Made by a program: the position numbers and the translations under genes. A stretch of DNA of 64,000 bases from Octopus sinensis (Eukaryota): assembly GCF_006345805.1 (NCBI RefSeq), contig NC_043003.1, positions 87,978,001-88,042,000 of the forward strand, in the 5' to 3' direction. Position 1 is the first letter of the stretch; every line of letters starts with the position of its first letter. A model generated the notes under the pieces. The model had not been told where the DNA came from, did not search any database, and saw only the letters and a list, made by a program, of their open reading frames with translations. Below, in pieces: positions 39,498-51,859 of this stretch.

Positions 39498-39927
39498 ACA
39501 CATGTAGTGATGCTACTGTGTAAGGTTCAGCGCGCATGCGCAGAATGGGACTACTTCCGGGTGGCCACCGGAAGTCTTCCCAATGCGCATGTGCGGGAAA
39601 CTGATCCCTAAGGAACACTAAACTCGATCACTCTCTCTCTCTCTGGGCATTTCAGCCATCGTGAACAGACGTGCATTTGGTAGTCTCTGATAACCACACC
39701 GACTTAGCCGCGGACGACATCGAACCACTTCAACCAACGAACAAGAAGCTGTACAACAGATTCGGCTGTCGTTTTCCCTTCAGAGATACGTATACTATCA
39801 CGATTAATAAACAAACTGCTGTCTTTCACCGATAACCTGACTTCGTCTGTTATATCTACCTAAATGGTATGTGACGGGATCGGATCGACACCCTTTCAGT
39901 GATACCGATACCAGATCCTGTTACAAT

Positions 39928-39937
39928 TGGTGACCCC
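39928..39937 (+). promoter_or_regulatory. Primer binding site, tRNA-Trp-like
   Basis: TGGTGACCCC lies 2 nt after the 5' LTR and is complementary to the 3' end (GGGGUCACCA) of eukaryotic tRNA-Trp as I recall it. Confidence 0.75.
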
Positions 39938-40312
39938 AAGTAGGAAAAAAAAAAAGAACAGAAGACGCAGCGAACAGGTTTTGCCAGATAGAGCACTGAA
40001 CACTCAGTTTTCATTTTCATTTTTCTTTTCCTTTCAGGACGGCGAGGTGGGTACAAACAAAAGCTTTATTCATCGCACTCAGTACACTGTAAAAAAAAAA
40101 AAAGAAAACACACACACATTATTTTTTTTCTTTTCTGTATCTTTGTTTTTCCTTTGTGCACACACACACTTATTCTTTACTACCCACGAGGTGCACACAC
40201 ACACACACCAGTACACAAAACACGATTTTGATTTGCTTTGTCGGTTCCACGTGTTCTCCATTTCTCGTTCATACCTTCTGCCCCTTTCTGACAGACAATT
40301 CTCTGGACAAAC

Positions 40313-40630
40313 ATGGCTGCATCAGGTTTGCCTCATTCCCAAATATTACAATTTTCGGGACCATCTCCATCGCGGGGCCTGTACGCATGTACAGAGCCCC
40401 CTCTGACGAACAATTCATTAGCCGAGAAGATCGATGCACTTACGCAGCGAATCGATGATCTGTGCTGTGTGATCGGGCACCAACCTCGCAGTCGTAGTCG
40501 CAGTGGCTCTGTTTCCCGTAGTCGGAGTGACTCTGTTTCTCATTCCGGCTGGTGCTGGTACCATTCAAAGTATGCCGAAAAGGCAGAACGGTGTACCCAG
40601 CCATGCACTTTCCAGCCCTCGGGAAACTAA
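40313..40630 (+). CDS. Short gag remnant (C-terminal CWYH..C..PC motif), probably internally deleted
   Basis: LAEKIDALTQRIDDL...RSRSRS...WCWYHSKYAEKAERCTQPCTF; ends GGA AAC TAA. Confidence 0.75.
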   Translation: MAASGLPHSQILQFSGPSPSRGLYACTEPPLTNNSLAEKIDALTQRIDDLCCVIGHQPRSRSRSGSVSRSRSDSVSHSGWCWYHSKYAEKAERCTQPCTFQPSGN

Positions 40631-43600
40631 ATCCGGAGGAGGTGAGCACGTCATCTTCTTCCTTCTCGTTTCCCAAAAATCGTGCGTTCTTTGTAAAAGA
40701 TCTGGTGTCGAAGAAATTCTTCATGGTGGACACCGGCTCTTGTTGCAGCATCTGGCCCCTTTGTCTGGCTGCAGACAAGCCCAAGTGCTCTTCAATTGTC
40801 TTGCATGGCATTGACTCGTCTCCCATAACCACCTTTGGTCAGATTTCGCTGCGCCTCGACATCAACCTTCGTCGAGATTTTCAATGGGTTTTCGTCATCG
40901 CTGACATCCCGCATCCTATTCTCGGCGCTGATTTCTTGGATAGGTTTAATCTATTGGTGGATGTCAGGCGTCGGAGGCTTCTTGATAGCACGACGTCGCT
41001 CTCTACGCCGACTGGGAGTTCCACCGATGCGGTCCTTAGCCCGACATTCTTTGTTGCCACCTCTGGAGACGCTTTTCACTCTCTTTTGGCTTCATTTCCG
41101 GAGCTAGTGGACATTGCCTTTCAACCGGAAAAGCCTACCCACTCGACACTCCATTTTATCACCACCACTGGGCCGCCTGTATTTTCACGCCCACGGCGCC
41201 TTGCGCCTGACCGACTAAAAATGGCTAGGGCCGAGTTTGAGCACATGCTTCAACTTGGCCTTATATGCCCCTCCACCAGCCCATGGGCGTCTCCCCTTCA
41301 TTTGGCGCGAAAGGGCGAGTCTGATTTTCGCCCGGTAGGAGACTATTGACGCCTCAATGCCGTAACAATAGCCGACAGATATCCAATCAGATATCTACAG
41401 GACTTTACGGCAAATCTCCATGGTTGTACCATTTTTTCGAAGGTCGACCTTATACGCGTGTACCATCAAATACCAGTCAACCCAGCCGACGTTCCGAAAA
41501 CTGCGATCACTACCCCTTTTGGGTGTTTTGAGTTTTTGTATATGAGTTTCGGTTTGCGGAATGCTACTAGCACATTCCAGCGTTTCATTGATGAGGTTGT
41601 CCGCGGTCTTGATTTTGTGTTTGCCTATGTCGATGATATACTCATTGCGAGCGACACACGTGAAAATCATCTCCAGCATCTTTCTCAGCTTTTTCAGCGT
41701 CTTCGCGCTTATAGTATACATATAAATCCCGACAAGTGTGTTTTCGGACGCTCTTCCCTAGATTTTCTAGGCCATCATATTGATTCGAGTGGAATCAGCC
41801 CTCTGTCGTCAAAGGTCGATGCCATTCAACACATCGCACCCCCCACTTCCTTGCGCCAGCTCAGGCATTATCTAGGGATGATCAATTTCTACAGACGTTT
41901 TATTCCCTGCTGTGCAGATAAGCTACTTCCTCTCACCAGGCTATTAAAGGACACTCCTAGAAAGGACGGTCAAGTCACCCTCTCTGTTGAGGCACTCACA
42001 GCCTTTGAGTCCATTAAGAAGGAGCTGGCTTCTGTTTCTTTGCTTGCACATCCGGTTCCTGGTGCTTCTCTCTCTTTGACTGTAGACGCATCGGACACTG
42101 CGATTGGCGCTGTGTTACAACACACAGTGGATGATCATATTCGACCTCTGGCTTTCTTTTCCCGTCAACTGCAACCAGCTGAACGACGATACAGCACCTT
42201 TGATCGTGAGCTCCTAGCAATCTATCTATTGGTTCGTCATTTCCAGCATCAACTTGAAGGGCGAGATTTTGTGATCTATACGGATCACAAGCCCCTTACG
42301 TTTGCCCTGTGTTCAAAAACGGACAAACTCTCACCTTGTGCTTTCCGGCACCTGGATTTTATCTCTCAATTCACTAGTAACATTTGACACATACCTAGAA
42401 AAGAGAATGTTCCTGCTGACGCTCTCTCTCGCCTTCCAGTCTGCGCCCTTTTGTCTCCTGCTGCTATCGACTTAACTGCCATCTCGCAGGAGCAGCCACC
42501 TTTGGCATTGTTAGACTTAACTTCTCCCAAGTTCTCCTGTTGCCAGTTTTCCTACCTTCCGCTTCCGTCAGCCGAAGGCACCATTCTCTGTGATACTTCC
42601 ACTGGTTCTCCCAGGCCACTCGTGCCTGAGAATCATCAACGCTCAGTGTTTGAAGCACTGCACTCCTTATCACATCCTGGCATCGCTGCCACCCTTAAGC
42701 TAATCACTGCTCAGTTTTTCTGGCCGAATATGCGTCGCACTATTACTTCTTGGACACGCACCTGCTCCAAGTGTCAACGGTCCAAGATTCAACGGCACGT
42801 TCGTGCCCCACTTGGACATTTTCCCCCTATGGAGGCCCGTTTTTGCCATGTCCACATTGATCTGGTTGGACCAAGGCCTGTGAGTCGCGGGTTTTCTTAT
42901 CTGTTAACTTGTGTCGACCGCTTCTCCCACTGGCCAGAAGCCATTCTGATAGCAGACATTTCTGCTGAGACTGTTGCGCGAGCTTTCGTTTCGGAGTCCG
43001 TCCCGATTGACTACTGATCGTGGACGTCAGCTTGAAGCTTCGCTATTTCGCGAATTGTCGCGCATTTTAGGTGTGCATCATATCCACACTACCAGCGTCT
43101 AATGGATTAGTTGAACGGTTCCATAGACAGTCCTGGATTGAATTTCTGCCCATTGTGCTTCTCGGTTGTCGGACTGCTGTCAAGGCAGACCTGGGGTTTT
43201 CTGCTGCAGAGCTGCTGTATGGTACCACACTGGCATTGCCTGGTACGATGTTGGTGCCAGACACTTCCCAGCCCCATGATCCGGCGACCTATGTCGCCAG
43301 ACTGCGTGCATATTTCTCGAATCTTCCACCCATGGTTCCCAGGAAGCAATCTCCACCATCCCATCTCCCACCGGATATGGACACTTGGCTGCATGTTTTT
43401 GTTTGGGACGACTCTGTCAAGGGGCCACTTGTTTCTCCCTATAAAGGACCTTTCTGTGTGCTTTCTCGCACACCTAAGGTTTTCACTATTGAAATAAATG
43501 GTCATTCGGAGACCGTTTCCGTGGACCGATTAAAGAAAGCATACTTTGAGACGTCTTCATCTTTTGATGACAACCTTGCCACACCCACCTATGCACCTTT

Positions 43601-43772
43601 AACAACACCTTCACCTGCACAAACACCTTCACCAGCACAGACACCTTTGCCTTCACCGGCTCCTACAACACCACCCTCGCCGTCAACGGGTGCCCCGAGC
43701 ACACCGTATATTACAAGATCGGGCAGAACAGTGCATTGGCCCAAGAAACTTTCAAAGACAATCTATATTTAA
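40552..43772 (+). pseudogene. pol (protease, RT, RNase H, integrase) with stops and frameshifts
   Basis: VDTG; YVDD; DAS...YSTFDRELLAI...TDHKPL; HHCC (H..SHPG..C..C); VHIDLVGP; stops at 41347-41349 and 42385-42387 (probable CGA>TGA). Confidence 0.93.
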
Positions 43773-43892
43773 CTTTCTTTCAAATTTCTTGTTTTGTATG
43801 ATATTATGTACCAAATCTTCTGGGGGATCGGCAAGCCATCTGTTTTTCTGCAGCACCACTACAAATTTTCTTGTCTTCGTACTTCTGCACTC

Positions 43893-43904
43893 GAGGGGGA
43901 GCCA
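43893..43904 (+). promoter_or_regulatory. Polypurine tract
   Basis: GAGGGGGAGCCA immediately before the 3' LTR. Confidence 0.8.
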
Positions 43905-44406
43905 TGTAGTGATGCTACTGTGTAAGGTTCAGCGCACATGCGCAGAATGGGACTACTTCCGGGTGGCCACCGGAAGTCTTCCCAATGCGCATGTGCGGGA
44001 AACTGATCCCTAAGGAACACTAAACTTGATCACTCTCTCTCTCTCTGGGCATTTCAGCCATCGTGAACAGACGTGCATTTGGTAGTCTCTGATAACCACA
44101 CCGACTTAGCCACGGACGACATCGAACCACTTCAACCAACGAACAAGAAGCTGTACAACAGATTCGGCTGTCGTTTTCCCTTCAGAGATACGTACACCAT
44201 CACGATTAATAAACAAACTGCTGTCTTTCACCGATAACCTGACTTCGTCTGTTATATCTACCTAAATTGTATGTGACGGGATCGGATCGACACCCTTTCA
44301 GTGATACCGATACCAGATCCTGTTACACACATGTATGCCATTAAGACTTTTATTTTGTCTGTTCAGGCTACTGAATGTTAAAACATATTTTAATCTACTC
44401 AGACTA

Positions 44407-44598
<192 letters not shown>

Positions 44599-44719
44599 TT
44601 ACAACAAAATATAAAATAAATTAAGTATATCATTTGTGTATGTGTATATATATGCATATTCTATGTGTATATGTGCATATTCAAAAACTTGTACATTATA
44701 TTCATCACTGCATTCGCCA

Positions 44720-45490
44720 TGATAGATCATTAGCCTGTCTCTTTTCTCTAATAGTCCTGTCTACAACATTGTTCCACCACCATGTTTGCACCATCCACAG
44801 ATCTGGTCAGTGGCTCTCAGCAGGTTGTCCCATAGAAATCTCCAGTTGTCTTCTATCTCCTTCTATTTCCTCAAAGGCTTCAAGTAATATGTCCCTAAAT
44901 CTCTGTCCATTCGCAGGATCTTTAAGCTTCCAGACCCTTCTTCTCCATGTTGGTCGTCTTCTGGTCGTCCACTTAGTCTTGATCCTAAAGTCACTAAATA
45001 CCAGTCTATGTTGTGGGGTACATTCTTTGCCTGGGAGGGTTTTGGCATTTATAAGCAGCCATCTTTCCCTTTTTCTGGCAGGGATGTAGTCAATTTGGCT
45101 AGAATGTCGACCTGATTGGTATATATATATATATATCATATCATCATCATCGTTTAACATCCGTTTTCCATGCGAGCATGGTTGGACGGTTTGACCGGGG
45201 TCTGGGAAGCCGGGAAGCTGCACCAGGCTCCAATCTGATCTGGCAGTGTTTCTACAGCTGGATGCCCTTCCTAACACCAATCACTCCATGAGTGTAGTGG
45301 GTGCTTTTTACGTGCCACCAGCACAGGGGCCAGACGAGGCTGGCAAATGGCCACGATCGGTTGGTGCTTTTACGTGCCACCAACACGGACGCTAGTCAGG
45401 CAGTGATGGCAACTGCCACGTTTAAATGGTGCTTTTAACGTGTCACCGGCATGGGTATCTTTACTACAATTTCCATTTGATTTTCATTTT
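44720..45490 (-). mobile_element. RTE endonuclease fragment (44720-45117) abutting a separate RTE 3' UTR/tail (45135-45490)
   Basis: SQIDYIPARKRE...PGKECTPQHRLVFSDF; tail CATCATCGTTTAACATCCGTTTTCCATGC. Confidence 0.8.
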
Positions 45491-46539
45491 GATGTTGGTG
45501 TTAACGTACTTGACTCAATAGGTCTCATAAAGAGTATATTATAAGGCGTAATTATAAATAACAGAAAAAATATTGATTTAAGTACCATATTGCATCACAT
45601 TTTATCATGCATACCTATGGAGAGATGTAACATACTCCGTGATTCATAGAATGTTATACCAGTATATGCGAAGGTAAATAGGAATGCAAAATATAAAAAT
45701 TTGATAGTATATAAAAATTTAACAATATACAATAAAAATAAAATATAAAAGAAATCAAATAATAAGAATTAATAAAAAATTAATAAGAAAAATATATAAA
45801 GACAGAAGATGAAAATTAAGATAAAAATGAAATGGTAATAGGTATGCAAATAATGAGGACAGTTCAAGGTATTCCTACCAAAGTAGATTAAGGCGTAGGT
45901 AAATTAAGATGAGGATATTGGATGCAGTTTTATAAATTATAAATTTTATAAATTACAGGTGCTATTGTATGCATGATTGTATAGTTCTTAAAGGTGTAAG
46001 ATTTATTCAAGAGAGGCTTACTATCACATAACTCACTACAAATATACTCAATGTGATTGATAGGGTAGCAAGTCATAGAATTGAAGGAAAGGACAGTTGA
46101 TCACCGTATAGGATGAAATCAGACTAAACAGGCAGGGGTTATACAGGTGATGTATAATACATCACATAACACAATACATAGCATATAATACATATAATGT
46201 AATACAATATAATATATAATATCCTACACTAGAGGGTAAGTTATAAAGGATAGACATCCAAAGCTAATTTCTACCATCAAATCCAAAGTATGATGAGTAT
46301 AATATTATTTGTTTCGAAAATATTTAAATGTGTGGGTGATGCTATGCACGCATGATACCCTTAGGTCTAATCTATTATTAATTAGGTTGTTCTTGTATCT
46401 GTACTTAAAAATCTCATAAATTTCCATAGAACAAAGCGCACACCCATATCTACTATCTCTATATGGCTGTACCCCCCATACTGTATCCTATAAGTAAGTC
46501 ATATTTAGGAGAAAATAGGAAAAATTGGAAAAGAAAACA

Positions 46540-48665
46540 AATGCTCAGAATGTTTATTAAAACGTTTATATCTTCATACCTTCTAGATAGGTTTTGATGG
46601 ATGCAATCAAAATACATCCGACAGGAAGAATTATGGTCAGCTATGCATCAATCTCATCAGAGAAGATATAAACAGCAACACTTATCAAATAGACATTTTT
46701 ACAGATATAGGAAGCCCTAGAAAATGTGACGTATTTATATGCATATGCACGCACACATACACACATGCATACATAAACACACACTCACACAAACATATAT
46801 ATACACACACGAATATATACACATACACATATATATATATACATATACATCCATATTTATACTTTTACCAACACAAACATATGCATGCAAACATATACAC
46901 ACTCACACACACATACATATGTAGAAGATATGAAGATATAAATGTTTTAATAACATCCTGAGCATTTATCTCCTGTTCTTATTTTCTCCTAACTAGGACT
47001 TACCCCGGAATCAAACCACATACAAGTGTGATCATTATTTCCTAGGACATTTAAGCAACATTTAGTCACCTTGTAATCATTCCCCTGGATCTTTCCTATA
47101 AATTGCACAGCCATACATATACACCAGGCTTTATTTGAATAAACCTGCAAGCAGAATAATTACTGCAAATGGAGACCTTTAATATTAACACCTCTCGATA
47201 TGCCTATTCCCCCAAGAAATGTTTTCCTGAAACAGCTCATCAATAAGACTAATTCTTTCATTAGCCTTCTTCAATAATAAGGATATCAAAACATCCTCCA
47301 ATGACCATAACTCTGAATTTAGTAAACTATTCAAATCTAAAAACAATCCTCCTCCTAACCCAGGTTTGTAATATTACCAAATTAACAGAATGGAAGGCCT
47401 ACTTGTACAGTGGGATAAAACTGGTAACCTGTATCACTTAAACAAGGATTTTTACCTTAAGCTGCTCAGGAAGGAAATACCAAAAATATACAAAACTACT
47501 AGCAAAAGCACTATTAGAAAGGCCAATCTTGAGGCTAAGAAAATTATGGAAAAATATAATTTACAAGTGAAAACTGAGCCTTAATCTCCAGAAGAACCGC
47601 ATTTTGTTTTAAAGGATCACAAACCCAACTTCTTTAATAACCCAGCTCTCTGTCTTATATGTCCTTCTAGATCAGATATTAGCATACTTAGCAAAAATAT
47701 TCTAGATCAGTACATTCTCTCATTAACGAAAATAATTAAACTTCATCTTTGGTTTAACTCTTTCCAAGTTATGGAATGGTTCAACTCTATCAACAATAAA
47801 CTAAACTTTAAATTCAACCAGTTCGACATCTGTAGCTATTATTCCTCTATCAATCAAGGTATCAGAGTAGGTTTCTCTAACATCAACAATGTCTCATAAA
47901 TTATATCTTCACATAACAGCCATATCCTAAAAGGTTACAATTTCTCTCCTAATAATTCTAATAACCTTATTAACACTAACAATAATATTAATGATAATCT
48001 CTCCTTAAATGATAACATCAATGTAACCAGCATTTGCAATAGTGGCCCTAATAAAACCTGTGTCCTAAATGGAAACTGCTGAATTAAAAATGTCACATAC
48101 CAATGCAAAGTTACCTAGGGTAACAAGGAATTTTTTTATATAGGTCTATCCTCTACATTTTTGAAATCCAGACTGGTTAACTATTTCTCTACCTTAAAGA
48201 CTCTAACAAACCTTTTTCTTTAGAATGGAACATTTAATCTAGATCTTTTCCTTATGATAAAGGGATATCTTTTTGTCCTCTTTGTATGGAAGAGCAATTT
48301 TTTCTTTTCTTTTCCAAACATAAACTGGTAAACAGGTTTAACATCAGTGTCTTATAAAGTTAGATTTATACATCCTAAAATTGCAGAAGAATTCGTTACT
48401 GGACAGTTTAGCTTAAAGGTTAAAGCACTTGACACATAATCACAGGGATGTCTCATGGCTGGTCGGTAATGATTTTTTCTGCAATATATAGATTGTTTAT
48501 CCTGTTCGTGCTATTGTATTAGCATTAACATGTGTTTGAGAATAAATTATTTCTGTATCTATAAATATGGATGTATATGTATATATATGTGTTTGTGTAT
48601 GCATATATATTTGTATGTGTATATAGATATATATATATACACATATGTATGCATGTATATATACA

Positions 48666-48698
<33 letters not shown>

Positions 48699-49405
48699 AA
48701 TAATATCAGGGTAATAAAGATTTTAGAAATTTTTACTACCAGTGTCCTAGCGTATAGAAAAATTAGTCAATAGACTATATATTATTCATATAAAATACAG
48801 TGTACATTTAAACACATTAAGAGGTTTCCATCATAGGAATCCTTTATGCTAGAAAGAACAGCTAAAGTCCAAACCACTAATTAGGGATAAATATTTAGAT
48901 CTATCAGTGGGGAGGGGGTTTCTATTCTTGGTTCAATGGAGACAAACAAGAATTTTTTCTATTTATAGATAGAGGAAGGGGTAGTACAAATGTCAAGGTC
49001 ATAAATCCACCCTCATTTTGAGGAATTTAACTTTGGCATATTTGAATGTATTATAGCAAAAGTTAGTAAGCTGAAGTTAGTGGGGTAGGGAGAATAGAGA
49101 CTACTAATGCTCTAGTGAACAAAGTGAACTCAGTGGTAAAAAATCTACAGATGGAGAAGGTCATACTACCACCATGTTCTTAATGATGAAATTAACCTCT
49201 CTGTCTGTATATCTACCCTCTTTGTAATGTTGGCAAATGAAATAAGTATAAAAATGTGCATTATCCATTTAATTAAAAAATTCTATGTGGCTGAAGATTG
49301 CTCAACATTTTAAAACTGATATAATACTTACAGTGTTTAATAAAATGAAGTAGCATGAAACGATTGTACTACACAACCTTGGATATCCTTGTTGCTTATT
49401 TTGAG

Positions 49406-49439
<34 letters not shown>

Positions 49440-49810
49440 CATGTTGCATATATGCATGTGTGTACCTGTGCATGCATATGCATATAAATACGTTACATTT
49501 TCTAGGGCTATGTCTATTTGATGATTGTTGTTGTTTATATCTTTTCTGATGAGATTGACATATTTTGAATGCATCCATCAAAACATATGTAGAAGATATG
49601 TAGATATAAATGTTTTAATAGCAGCCTCAGCGTTTGTCTCCTTTTTCAATTTTTCTTATTTTCTCCTAAATACGACTTACTTATCCCTGAATCAAACCAC
49701 ACACAAGTGGGATCATTTTTACCTAGGACACTTAAGCAACATTTAGCTACCTCGTAATTATTCCCCAGGATCTTTCCTATAAATTGTACACTCATACATA
49801 TACACATGTA
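46540..49810 (+). mobile_element. Decayed Penelope-like element: inverted partial pLTR, 5' pLTR, RT plus GIY-YIG remnant, 3' pLTR
   Basis: Direct repeat 46915-47125 / 49585-49805; inverted copy 46540-46740; LKDHKPNFFNNP...ICPSRSDI..LSKNILD (about 47605-47710); GNC..KNVTYQCKV...YIGLSS (about 48070-48160). Confidence 0.85.
49539..49597 (+). ncRNA. Hammerhead motif in pLTR, G12A and probably inactive; homologue on minus strand at about 46570-46670
   Basis: AUCUUU-U-CUGAUGA-GAUUG...CCAUC-AAAA-C(auau)G-UA-GAAGAU. Confidence 0.65.
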
Positions 49811-50779
49811 TATAATTGTTAAAGAGGATAACAAGCATTAAGGCAAGACAAACATCTCAAGTCATATACGTTATTATTGGAAAAATTCAAAGTCTTACAG
49901 CTGTTTCTGGAATATTCCAAAGATTTGGGTATTCCATCATCAGAGACAAATAGAGAAAATGTGAAAGGTATAGATTGATGAAACGATGACATAGAGGACA
50001 GAAGAAAAGAAATAAAGAAATGAAGAAAAAGAAGAAAAAAGTTCACAGTTCAACTTTTTGATTGTGCAGATGTTAATCCATAAGTCCTTCAGCGAAATCC
50101 CATGTAATTCCATGTATGGTCATAGCCTTAATAGTGTAAAGTAGTGTAAATATCCAGAGATAAACGCAAATGTATCGAAGGTTTGTAAGACAATAGTAGC
50201 AGAAGTGGCTCTTAAGGGATAAAGAGAAAGAAAAGTAAATAGAGAGGAAGGTATTGGAAGTGAAGCAGGAGGTACAGAAATTGGAGGAGGAAAGCAAGGA
50301 TTGGTATGAAGGATAAAATAAGGTATATAAAAATATAATATAGAAAACTAAACAAGAAGATAAATAAATAAGGAAGAGGTAACGGAAGATAACGTAAAGA
50401 AAACAAAATAGAGTAAGATGGGATACAAAGAAAATAGTAGGTGCCAGTGCTATTTTTCTAGTTTGTAGAGGTTGGGGAGGAAATCTAGTAGTAAGTGTCT
50501 ATGTCCGTTTTATGGCTCAGGTCAGTGGCTGTAGAAATATCATTAGGTCTGGGGGTATTAGTGTGTAGGTAGTCGTGAATGGAGAAACCAGTTGAATGTT
50601 AAATTATTTAGGAATAAGAGTTACAACTAAATATTAGGGGATTTAATAGGTTAACATTTAAAAATAAATTGAAGAATTAACAATTATCCTATAAGGTACT
50701 AAAGGAGATAGAAGAGATATACAAGGGTAAGTATTAACGACCATGGAGGTATGTGTGTGTGAGTATTATGTGGTGGTGG

Positions 50780-50960
50780 TGGTGGGGGGGGGGTAAATTT
50801 ACATTTGGATTTATTAATGAATTTAAAAGTGTAGAACAATTTGTGTTTACACATTGTGAAGGCTTCGTTAAGCAATTGTGGTGAGTTATGTGTTAAAACT
50901 TTGAGGGCTTCTTTTAGGCAGGGTCCACAAGTGGAGCACTGGCCCTGACATGGGATGCCA
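50780..50960 (-). mobile_element. Penelope-like C-terminal fragment
   Basis: CSTCGPCLKEALKVL...LLNEAFTMCKHKLFY. Confidence 0.55.
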
Positions 50961-51859
50961 GAATCTATTATAGCCCAGATTACCATATCTCGTCCTTTTG
51001 CCCCCAAACAAAACTTTGCTTGTTCGCAGTGTGCCCATCCTTTCCCACCCCTACCACCAATACCGGATATCTCTATTGTATTGTCCCACCATCTACACCG
51101 GATATCTCTTCTCCCACCACCATTACCGGTGTCTATTCTCACACATACTTCACCAACTATCTTATGTATCGTTCTGTCTAGAAATTTGTCACCACCCCTT
51201 CCAGTTATCTCTTCTCCCATTCCTGCACTCTCTCTTATCCCTCTCCATCTCTTTCTCTATCTCTCTCCTTCTCTTTCGCGAACTCTCCCTCTCTTTTTCT
51301 ATCTCTCTCCCTCTCTTTCTTTACCTCATCTCTCTACTGGCACAAATGCAACAAGGTATCTGCCCACCTACTTAACTGGCTGTCTTTCATTCCATTTTTA
51401 TTCTGTATAGAAACACACCAACTACTACCCAGGAATTTTCCTTGGCCTTGTGAAGTGAAGGAGAAAGCTATTTGGCTGCCCATGTGTGCTTATCCCTGTG
51501 TGTGAGTGTGCTTGTGTATACACAGGAATGAGCTTGTTTCCTCTCTCTGTCTGAACCCTTTCCCGCTGGTGGTACTCTCCATTATTCCTGCAATTCCCCC
51601 CTGTACCCAGGCAAACATAACCAGTTTCAGCTGACTCCCTCCTAACTTAACATTGGAATATCCATATTTTGCTACACCGCTTGAATCTACATCAGTCGAT
51701 GACCATAATGCTTATACTTACAGCACTGCTAACACCGGCTTGAATGTTATCAGGTTGGAAAAGAGAACAGATGAAGCATGCCTAACAAACGAACACCACC
51801 ACAACAGCCCTCTTCTTTTCAGGTGCTGAATATCATCCCTCCTCCCCAAATCTCACTCC

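Larger units (their letters stand above)
39503..44327 (+). mobile_element. Ty3/gypsy LTR retrotransposon, young but disabled
   Basis: 423-bp TG...CA LTRs at 39503-39925 and 43905-44327 (6 differences seen); 4-bp TSD CACA; PBS, PPT, gag and pol remnants. Confidence 0.97.

Noticed and set aside
46280-46330. ATGATGA...CGAAAATATTT hammerhead-like string
   Set aside because: No stem I complementarity and a weak stem II.
50040-50100. Minus-strand CTGAAGG...AAAAAGTTGAACT hammerhead-like string
   Set aside because: Too many core and stem deviations to call.
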